Source: Vicugna vicugna (Eukaryota). Taken from it: a stretch of 24,980 nt of DNA. Positions 10,400 to 20,554 of this stretch are shown here, piece after piece. The stretch is from contig MU058839.1 in the NCBI GenBank assembly GCA_013265495.1, forward strand, positions 248,001-272,980. The letters are read 5' to 3'. A program made the translations under genes and the position numbers. Each line of letters starts with the position of its first letter. Positions within the stretch are counted from its first letter, which is position 1. The notes under the pieces are model-generated. The model ran no database searches and had not been told where the DNA came from. It saw nothing but the letters and a program-made list of their open reading frames with translations.

Positions 10400-11580
10400 G
10401 TCTAGCTGCGCCAGTTCTTTCAGTTCTCCACACCCCATTCCCTTTCCCTGAGACCCCGCCCTTTTCTCTCAGCCCAAACCACAAAAGGCCGTGCGGTTCC
10501 AACCCCAGCACGGTGCCCCGCCCCCTCCCAAACGTCGCAGTGCTGCAGGGAAAGGAGGCAGGGCCAGGAGCGGGTGGGGGACGGAGTGTGGCTCCGTCCT
10601 TCCGCTCTTCGGCCAATCGGTGAGGTCCCTCCTAAGAGAAAGGGGGACCAAGGTGTAGAGACATTTCAAGTATTTTTCCCTTCTTCTGCCACGTCCCAAC
10701 CATTGACGTGAGCCCACTCCTCAGGTTACGATTGGATACGTGTATTTTTCCCGCAGAGGTCCTTTAAGCCTATTGGTCGACTCTGTTTGGGGGCGGGGCT
10801 TGCGTTCCCTCCTCCCCCACCAGCGGCGCAAGGGGCGGGGTGCGCCGCCGCCACCTCTGCTTCCGCCGCCGCCACCAGCCGCTGCGCGTTCAGCGGGGGA
10901 GGAGTCGGAGGCGGAGAAGAAGGCGGCGGTGGCGGGTGGAGGATCTATCGCTGTTCTCGCTTCGGAGCCGCTGCACAGTTCGGTGAGGGGATTTTTTTTT
11001 TTTAATCTGGCTTGTTCCGATTTCGGGAATGTGAGGGTCACGGCGAGGAGATTGGTGCCTTCATCTCTTCCATTTCTGAATTTCTGTCCTCGGAAAGGAG
11101 CGGGGCCTGTTCCTGGTCCGCTCCGTCGGCCATGGTGGGTGGGGTTGATGGCTGTGAGAGGCCTTCTTCGTCTCCTGGGCTCTGTCCTGCCCGGACCAGG
11201 GGCCATGCTCTGGTCCGTGCCCGCCGCGCCCGCTGCCCCCGACTGTGGCATCGATTGGTGTCGGGGGTCTCCACCGGCCGTTTTTCCTTGCTGCCTCTTC
11301 TGCTGTCCTTGGTACGTTGGCCAAGGACCCCTCTGGCCTTTCTCCCCTCACTCGTTAGTGTATTAGAATAGCGTTCCCCCAACACCTCTCACCCGTCCTC
11401 TGCCCATTTCCAGTCACCCCTTGTAGAGCTGACCCATCTTACGCCACAGGCCTGCAGCCCCGCTCCCCTGAAAAACCTTCCGTTGCCGTCGCCGTACTAT
11501 TTGCATTTTTCCTGATTGTCACCGAGGCTCGGGCACGCAGACACCATGTACAGACCATAGCAGTCGTTCTTCTCCCGATA
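10400..11580. promoter_or_regulatory. PJA2: CpG island / PJA2 promoter
   Basis: Abrupt GC- and CpG-rich block in AT-rich surroundings. GC boxes at ~10790-10799 and 10832-10840, CCAAT at 10613, ATTGG at 10731 and 10772, TGACGTGA at 10704, ETS-like CTTCCG at 10599 and 10860. No canonical TATA box. Confidence 0.9.
10840..10982 (+). other. PJA2: PJA2 exon 1 (non-coding 5'UTR; start approximate)
   Basis: GC-rich, ATG-free segment after the GC boxes, ending at a good donor TCG|GTGAGG (GT 10983-10984). It is the only CpG island upstream of the PJA2 start exon. Confidence 0.8.
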
Positions 11581-12089
11581 TTAGCACCATTCCATCAATG
11601 CTTCTCCCTGTTAGCACTGTCAGGTTAGAGCACGCCTCTGGCAGATGCACCTTCAATTTCTGCCTAAGATTACTGCTTGTTAATCATTCTGCGCACATTC
11701 AAAATGGTGAGTTTAAAGCTGCTCAGACCAAGTTGAAGAAAAGGGAAGGAGGTAGTCTTTTTGCTGGGAGGAAGAATCTATACAGGAGACTTACCTCTCC
11801 AGACATTATTATTTTTTTAACATACGCATAGACACTGCTTTAAATCTGCTGGTTCTGGGAAGTTTATGATTTTTTTAAGGCTTAATATATTGTTAGTTTT
11901 TATCATGAACTATTTGGTTAAATTTCTTTAAAATGGCAGTCATCTCTGCTGAAGACTATAGATCATTTGCTGATTATGTAAATAAGCATGAAGATAAACG
12001 TTTAGAATATTTTTTAAACGTTTAAACTGTTTTTTACAATTTTTAGTTGTCTTCTGGAATTTATCATTTTTATATGAAATCACTGTTCT

Positions 12090-13510
12090 AATTTTTTTAA
12101 TTAATTACAGATATGCAAACTTGATATAAAATTCAACCATACAGAAAAAGGACTATTAAGTAAAATGTGACCATTTTCTTTCATCCCACAGTCTCATTCC
12201 AGTGTCCAGAGTTAGCTGATTACTGTGTGTACATCTTTCCAAATGCAGTTTTAAACACATATGCATACATATAAAGTTGGAGGGGAAAGTTTGAAGAGTA
12301 TACCAAACGCATTGATACATCACTTTTTTTTTTCACTAAATTATGTATCTTGGATATCTTGTTATATGTCTCCCTGATACTTCTTAAAACACTAAATGAT
12401 GCTTCATTAGTTTGAATGGGCTCTAATTTGTTTAAACATTCTCTTACTGAAAGACATTTAAATTAGTTTCTTTTTGCTATCACAAAAAATGCTTTATTTG
12501 AAGATAAATTTATTGATAAGTTTTTAATTACAAATTTTAAATCTTCTTAAATTTTAAAAATTCAAACTAGAAGAATGAAAGGTAAAAAGTACCACTCCCA
12601 CTTCCCCTTCTACTTCTGCCTTCATCCTCAGATTCAACTGCTCAGGAAACTTCATCTATTTATGATTATTTCTGAAGCATGGATTCCTAGAAATGGAATT
12701 ACTGGGTTAAAAAGAGTATGCATATTTTAAAATTTTGATAAACATTTCTCCCTCATTATTATTTTCAAAATTATTCTTGACTCTTATGCATTTCTTCTTC
12801 AAATGAACTTTAGAGTCAACTTGTCAATTAAATAAAAAATCCTTAGGTGTTTTGAATGAGATTATATTGAAATTTCAGATTAATTTGGAGCAAACTGACC
12901 TTTGTGATAATTGAGTCTCTCCTCTCAGAAATATATGTATGCGTGGTAAGTGTCTACATTTTAGTCACATCTTGCTTAGGGAAAACTTTATAGTTTTTTC
13001 CTCCGTGTATATGACATTCCTTCTTAGTTTTCTTAGCTGTTTTATGATTTGATTACTCTGATGGATAGAAACTTTCAGTAACATATTTTCCTCCCCCTCC
13101 AGTTATAGGAAAGCTTTTAACTTTTTTCTATTTATCATGTATCTAATCACTTTATTGAGATGATTATCTGAAAATATTCACAGTTTTGTGTCTTTCTCTT
13201 AAATTTTGTTGTGTGTTTTCCTCATTGATGTGGCTATTACACATCCTACATAAAGTTAAATAATAGCAGTGATAACTAAAAACTTGGTAGTTTCTGACTT
13301 TATGGGGAATGCTTCTGATGTGTTAGCATCATTAATGATGTTTGCTGAAGCTTTCTGACAAATGGAGACTGTAATAAGTAAAATGTTTTCTTCTATTCTC
13401 AGCTTTCTAAGATGATTTTATTGTTGTCTTTGATTTCTGATAACATTGTAAAAAACCATAAATGCGTATTGAATTTTATTGATGTTTTTGACGTCTTTTG
13501 AGTGTCATAT
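12090..13510 (-). mobile_element. Very old L1 (L1ME-like) remnants
   Basis: cctagaaatggaattactgggttaaa, atgaactttagagtcaacttgtc, atggggaatgcttctg and tgaattttatt are diverged antisense L1 motifs. Confidence 0.6.
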
Positions 13511-13556
13511 AAGGGCATCACCAGTATTCCCTGGTTAATGTCTTCCCAAGAGAGCT

Positions 13557-16500
13557 CTTTTTTAAAGAGTCAATTTTATTGAGGATAATTTACATACAAT
13601 AAAATGTTTATATTTAAAATGTACAGCTCAGTGTGTCTTGACAAATGTTTACCCCCATGTCATGACCATCACAATCAGGAGTAGCATATTTTCATTACTA
13701 CAATCAAGATACAGAATGTTTCTATCATCCCCAAAAGTTTCTTTCTGCCCTTTTACAGTAAATCACATTTTCACCCTCAGCACTAGGAAACAGTTTGTCC
13801 TTTTTTCTCATTATAAATGGGTTTCATTTGTTCTAGAATTTTGTATAAATGGAATTATGTAATATGTACTCTTTTGCATCCAACTTTTTTTCTTTCAGCA
13901 TGATGTTTTTAAGGATAATCCATGTGTTTGTGTGTTTAGCTGGTTCACGACTTCTTATTGCTAAGTAGTAGTAGTTTATGGTATTTGATTTACCATGATT
14001 GTTGACCATTTCACCTATTTATGGATTTTTGGATTGTTTCCAGTTTGGGGTTGTTATTAATAAAAGAACATTCATTCATGAGTTTTTGTGTGAACATACG
14101 TTTTCATTTCTCTTGGGTAAATACTTAGAAATGGATTTGTTGGGTTGTACTGTAAATGAATGTTTAAGTGTAAGAACCTGTCAAGCTGTTTCCCATTTTA
14201 CAGCTCCAGTTGCTCTACATCCTCATTAACACTTGGTTAATTCAGTCTTTTTAATTTTAGCCCTTCTGGTGGGTATGTAGTAGGCTTACACTGTATTTTA
14301 AATTTGTATTTATTGTGACTAATGATACTGAGTGTTTGTTCATGTGTTTATGGGTACTTTGTATGTCTTCCTTTGTAAGGTATGTATTCAAATCTTTTGC
14401 CCATTTTTAAACATTGAATTGTTGTCTTACTGAGTTGGAAGAATTCTTTATACATTTTTTTATACAAGTCCTTGAACCTACACAGATGCATACACACACA
14501 GTGCAGCCTGAGGCATACTTTTCATATCCCCAACTTTTTAAAATAGAAGAGCTTTTAATTTTGATTAAATTCAGTTTGTCAGTTTTTCTTTTATAATTTG
14601 TATTTCTGTGTTCTGTTTGCTCAGTGCAAAATTGTGCAGATTTCCTCTTAAGTTTTCTTCTACAGATTTTATTGTTTTGGTTTGAATGTCGAGGTGTAGC
14701 ATCCATTTTGAGTTAATTTTTGTGTATGGTGTGAGGTAGGGGTCAAGGTTTATTTTCCCAGTTCTAGCACCATTTGGGGGGGGAGACTTTACCTTCCCCC
14801 ATTAACATAGTCAAAAATCAGTTGACCACATATATGAGTCTATTTCTGGACTGTCCCCTTGATCTTTGTATCTATCATTTTGCCAGTGCCACATTGTCAG
14901 CATTATTGTTGCTTTATAATAAATTTTGAAATCAGATAATGTAAATTCTTCAACTTTATTCTTTTCCAAAATCATCCTGGCTATTCTAGTTCCTTTGCTT
15001 TTTCATAAAACTTTTTAGAAGTGACTTGTTGGTTTTTGCAAAAAGTACTGAGGGGTTGTTATTTTAGATTATATTGAATGCATTGATAAATTTGGGAAGA
15101 ACTGACATCTTAATATTCAATCTTCCAATCAGTGACAATAAGATACCTGCATTTATTTGGTCTTAATCAAAGATCTAGTTTGTCTTTCATTAGCTTTTTA
15201 GTTTCATCATTCAACAGGTGTTGTTGCTCATATTTTGTTACATTTATATTTAAGTATTTCATTACTTCTGATACTATTATGATAATTTTCCTAAATTTCA
15301 GTGTCCAGCTGTTCACTGACAGTATATAGAAATACAACTGATTCCTGTATACTGACCTTGGATCTGGTGACCTTGCTAAATTCACTTATTTTAGTAACTT
15401 CTTCTTCTTCTTTTTTTTTTTTTTTTTTTTTTTTTGGTAGAGTCTTTTGGATTTTCTCATGTAGATAGTTACGTGATTTGTGAATATGGAACACTTTTGT
15501 TTCTTTCACTTTCAGTTGGTATGGTATCACCCCCTCACCCTCTTTCTTTACTTGTTGAACTGGCTAGGAATTCCAGTATGGTGTTGAATAAGAGTGGTGA
15601 GAGCAGATATCCTGGCTTGTTTCTGATTTTAAAAGGAAAGCTTTCAGTCTTTCATTATTAAGTATAATATGGCCTTTTAGCAGGCTATTGTTTTATATTA
15701 CATATTGTTAGATTAAGTATTAAGTATAATACTTCTTTTATTAAGTTAAAGATGTCCCCATTCTGTTCTAAGATTGCTGAGAGTTTGGTTTTTTTTTTAA
15801 TAATGAGTGGACATTGAGTGGTGAAATGTTTTAATTGTATTTATTTAGATGATCTTATGGTGTATCTTTTTTTGATTGTTAATAAGGTGAATTACATTGA
15901 TTTATTTTCAGACGTTGAATCAACCTGACGTTTTCTAGATGTATGTACCTCACTTGGTTGTGTTATATTATCATTTTCATAGTTGGTGGATTAGTTTTCT
16001 AATATTTCATTGAGTAGTTTTTTTTAATCTGTGTCCATGAGGGATACCTTTTCATGTAATTGGGGTATTTTTGTATCAGGATGTTGGCCTCACAGGTTTA
16101 AAGTGTTTGTTCCTCTTGTGTTTCCTGAAAATTTTGGTTAGGATTAGCATTTGTTTCATAAATGTTTGTCAGAGTTTGCATCCTAGCCCATCTGGACCTA
16201 GAATTTTCTTTGTTGAAAGGTTTTAAAGGATAAATTTAATTACTTTAACAGGTATAGGATGATCAGGGTGATCTAATTTTTTTCTTGAAAACCTTCAGTC
16301 TTTGACTAGGAGTTACTTACTATATGAGCTTTAGCAGTTTGTGTTTTTCAAGGACTTTGTCTCTTTCATCTATTAATTGCCATTAAGTTGTCTCTTTATT
16401 ATCCTTTTAATGTCTGTAGCACCTGTAGTGATTTTTTTTTTCATTCTTGATACTGGCATTGTGTCCTTTCTTATGTCTTTCTAGGTTTATCGATTTTGTT

Positions 16501-17345
16501 AATTTTTCAAAAGATTCAGCTTTTTACTGCTTTTTAAAAAGTTTTCAATTTCATTGATTTCTGCGCTTTACTATTTCTTCTTGTGTGTGTTTTTTTAGGT
16601 GTAAGCTTAGGCTTTTGATTTGAAACCTTCCTTCTCCTTCTAAGCACTGCTTTAGGTGGTCCCACAAATTTTATGTTGATTTTTTTCTGAGTTCTTACGT
16701 GACTTTCACTTTGACCCATGGATTATTTAGAAGTATATTTTTAAATTTGCAATATTTGGTGATGTTGCCTATTTCTGTAACATATCTGTGCTTTATTTTG
16801 TTAAAGACAGATAATATACTTTGTATAATTTTGTTTGAATTCCTTGAAATTTTACGAGTCAGAATATGGTCAGTATTGGTAAATGTTCTATGTGCAATTC
16901 AAAATAATGTATGTTATGCTGCTGTGGAGTAGAATATTTTATAAATTCTGTATTACATATTAAATACTAAATTATACTTCTATATTAAGTATTCTGTAAT
17001 TGTCAGGTCAGGTTGATTGATGATGCTTGTTAGACTTTCTTTTTCCTTACTGAGATTTTGTCTACTTGTTTTGTTGGTCACTGTGAGAAAAGTTGAAGTC
17101 TCCAAGTATAATTGTGGATTTGTCTGTTTCTCCTTTTTGTTTTAGCAATTTTTGCTTCTGTGTTTTGAGCCTCCGTTGTTAGGTGTGTATATGTTTGGGA
17201 CTGTTGTGTCTTCTTGGTGAATTGACCTCCATTATTGTTATATAATAGCCTTTATCTCTGATAGTATTTCTTTTTCTGCAGTCTGCTTTATCTGATATTA
17301 ATACTAGTGCTTTCTCTTTCTTTTGGTTAGTGTTTACATGATATT
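13557..17345 (-). mobile_element. Old L1M element, 3' end to ORF2 endonuclease (5'-truncated)
   Basis: T-rich tail and 3'UTR at ~13557 followed by continuous antisense ORF2 motifs. Minus-strand ORF YHVNTNQKKEKALVLISDKADCRKRNTIRDKGYYI matches the L1 endonuclease. Confidence 0.88.
15397..15435. repeat. (CTT)n-poly(T) tract
   Basis: cttcttcttcttc followed by a run of ~25 T. Confidence 0.9.
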
Positions 17346-18077
17346 TAAAAAAACACTTTAAAGGCACACATAATATGAAAATAAAAAGATTGAATAAATA
17401 TTGTTTACAAAAACTTACCAAGAGAATGCTAATGTGCCTATATTATTGTTGTATGAAATAGACTTAAGGCCAGAAGTATTATAAGAGATCAAGGGGAAAA
17501 TGTTATAATAAGTAGGTCAATTCATCCAGAAGACATAATCCTAAGTGTGTGTTTACCTCAAAATATAGGTTCTGAATACAGAAATTAATACAATTAATAG
17601 GAAATGTAGACATGCATTCATAGTTGGAGATTTTAAACATACATTTACAAGAACAGTTATATAAAAATGTCAGAAAGGAATAGAAAACTTGAATGATGTG
17701 ATTAATCATCTTGACCTAATTGACATTTATAGAACATTTTATCTGACTGAAGATTGTACTTTTTTTTTAGGTGCACATGGAACATTTGCCAAAATATTCT
17801 GATCCTTAAAGAAGTATCATCAAATTTCACAGGATTGAAATTAGGCAGTGCATGTTTTCTGACCACTGTAGAATTAATTACAAGTTAGTAACAGAAAAAT
17901 GCCTAGAAAGGCTCCAAGTGTTTGAAAATTAATAAAGACATTTCTAAATAGTCCATGAATCAAACTGAAGTCATGATGGAAATTAGAAAACGTTTTGATC
18001 TGAAAAACAACAAAAGTATTACATCCAAACTTGAGTGTAACCAAAGCAGTGCTTTGAGAGAACTTTATTGCTTTCAA

Positions 18078-18404
18078 CAGGCAAACTTTGTTTTATTGTG
18101 CTTTGTTTCATTGTGCTTCGCAAATAATGTTTTTTTACAAACTGAGATTTGTGGGAACCCTGAAATTAGCAAGTTTATTGGTGCCATTTTTCCAACAGCC
18201 TTTGCTCACTGATGGTTAGCATTTTTTGGCAATAAAATATGTTTCTATTAGGGTATGCCCATTGTGTTTTTAGGCACAATACTATTATTGCATCCTTAAT
18301 AGACTATAGTATATCAAAAGCATTTTATATACATTTTGGAAACAAAAGTTTTCAGACTTGCTTTTTTGTACTATTCACTTTATTATGGTGGTTTGAAATC
18401 AACT
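18078..18404 (+). mobile_element. Internally deleted Tigger1 (TcMar) DNA transposon
   Basis: caggcaaactttgttttattgtgctt...gtgccatttttccaacagc matches the Tigger1 left end; ttagcatttttggcaataaa...ttaatagactatagtat...ctttattatggtggtttgaa matches the right end. Confidence 0.85.
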
Positions 18405-19429
18405 TTATATTACTATACTTGATAACTTGAATGAAAAGTCATAATCCTTGAAAAACACAGTTTATCAAAACTGACATGTGAAGAAATGGAAACTCTTAAG
18501 TTGTCCATTAATGTATTAAACAAGTTGAATTTATCAAAAACTTTTCCACAAAGAAAAACCCAGGCTCAGATGGCTTCACTGGTAAAGCTCTCAAACATTT
18601 AAGTAAGATATAATGCTAATTTTACACAGACACTTCTGAGAATTAAAAAAGAAAACATATCCCAGAACATTTTATCATTTTAGCATTTATCTTGGTAGGA
18701 AATCCTGACAAGAATGTCACAAAAAATAGAAAATTATAGGCCAATATTTCACATGAATGTAGATATAAAAATAATCCAGTGATATGTAAAAAAGGTATCA
18801 CAGATTTTTTCCTTGGAATACAAGGTTGGTTTCATGTTTTACAATTGATCAATGTAGTCTGTCTCTTCAACAGAACAATGTAGACAAATTGTAGGATCAT
18901 CTCTGTAAATAGTGATGAAACTCAATATCCGTTGTGCTAAGAACCCTCAAACTAGAAATAGAAGGAAACATCTTTAATTTTATAAACATTATCGACTAAA
19001 AATCTATAGCTAACATCATACTCAATGAAAAACTTGTTTCATGTTCAACATCATTCTCTTTAGTCAGTGTTTTACTCGAGTTCTAACCAGTGCCTTAGAT
19101 AAATAAGATTAATTTTAAAAATCGGAAAGAAAAAAGTTTCAGAAAATATGTATACCAGCAAAGTTTTAGAGTAAGTGAATTTAGCAAGATAACTGGATAC
19201 AAGGACAATATGCAGAAATTTATTTTAAGTTGTATATTAGCAACCAAAAAATATAAAATAAAATTAGAAAATTACATTTAGATTAGCATCAAAATATGTA
19301 AAATAACCAATAATAAATCTAGTAAAAACTTGGGCAAAACTTCTAGTTGAAAATTATAAAACAGTGCTGAGGGACATTTTAAAATACTTAAGTGGAAATA
19401 TACTCCATCTTTATGTGGTAGGAAAGTCA

Positions 19430-19869
19430 ATTTTTTCAACATTTTTTTATTGAGTTATAGTCATTTTACAATGTTGTGTCAAATCCCAGTGTAGAGCACA
19501 ATTTTTTACTTATACATGAACATACGTATATTCATTGTTACATTTTTTTTCTGTGAGCTACCACAAGATCTTGTATATATTTCCCTGTGCTGTACAGTAT
19601 AATCTTGTTTATCTGTTCTACATTTTGAAATCCCAGTCTGTCCCTTCCCACCCCCACCCCCTTGGCAACCACAAGTTTGTATTCTATGTCCATGAGTCTG
19701 TTTCTGTTTTGTATTTATGTTTTGTGTTTTTTTTTTAGATTCCACATATGAGTGTTCTCATATGGTATTTTTCTTTCTCTTTCTGGCTTCACTTAGAATG
19801 ACATTCTCCAGGAACATCCATGTTGACGCAAATGGCGTTATGTTGTCGGTTTTTATGGCTGAATAGTGT
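19430..19869 (-). mobile_element. Young 5'-truncated L1 3' end (camelid-type) with target-site duplication
   Basis: Well-preserved antisense L1 3'UTR and ORF2 end with some CpGs retained, flanked by GGAAAGTCA at 19421-19429 and 19870-19878. Confidence 0.88.
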
Positions 19870-19880
19870 GGAAAGTCAGT

Positions 19881-20059
19881 AATTTTTATTGAAGTATAGC
19901 TGATTTATAATGTCAACTGATACTTTAATATATTGCTGATGGGAATGTAAGTTGTTTCAGCATAGATGATATATATATGTATGTATGTATACACACGTAT
20001 TCCTTTTCATATTCTTTTTCATTATAGACCATTACAAGGTTTTGAGTATAGTTCCCTAT
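19881..20059 (-). mobile_element. Short L1 3'-end fragment (artiodactyl type)
   Basis: tttttattgaagtatagctgatttataatgt...ttttcatattctttttcattatag...tatagttccctatg. Confidence 0.8.
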
Positions 20060-20368
20060 GTCAATGTTGTTAAAATACCAATTTCCTCCAAGTTGAGCTA
20101 TAGGTTCAATACAATGTCAGTAAAAATCCTAGAATTTTAAAAGTTTGATCAAATGATTCCAAAATTTATATCAAAATGTAAATGTCTCAACACTTGTTAT
20201 AAAGTTACAGTAATTAAGACAATGTATTAGAAAACAAGATAGACAAAAAGACCAATGGAGGAATATGAGTGTCTAGAAATAGGTCTTCACAAGTGTAGTT
20301 TCTTGGCTAATGACAAAATTTCCATTGAAGTTAACAAGAAAAAACATTTATTGTTAATAAGTTGTATT

Positions 20369-20554
20369 AAAACAACAGGTTTATACTGTATAGCACAGGG
20401 AGCTATATTCAGTACCTTATAGTAACCTATAATGAAAAAGAATATGAAAAGCAATATATGTATGTGTATCTATGACTGAAACATTATACTGTACACCAGA
20501 AACTGACACAATGTTGTAAGTTGATTGTACTTCAATTTAAAAAATGGAAAAAAA
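20369..20554 (+). mobile_element. Short L1 3'-end fragment
   Basis: tactgtatagcacagggagctatattcagtacctt...ctgtacaccagaaactgacaca...tacttcaatttaaaaaa. Confidence 0.85.

Noticed and set aside
10740..11366. 208-aa + strand ORF and overlapping 176/119/115-aa ORFs
   Set aside because: They lie in the stop-poor CpG island, cross the exon 1 donor and a T run, have low-complexity Pro/Gly/Ala/Arg composition and resemble no protein I recognise.
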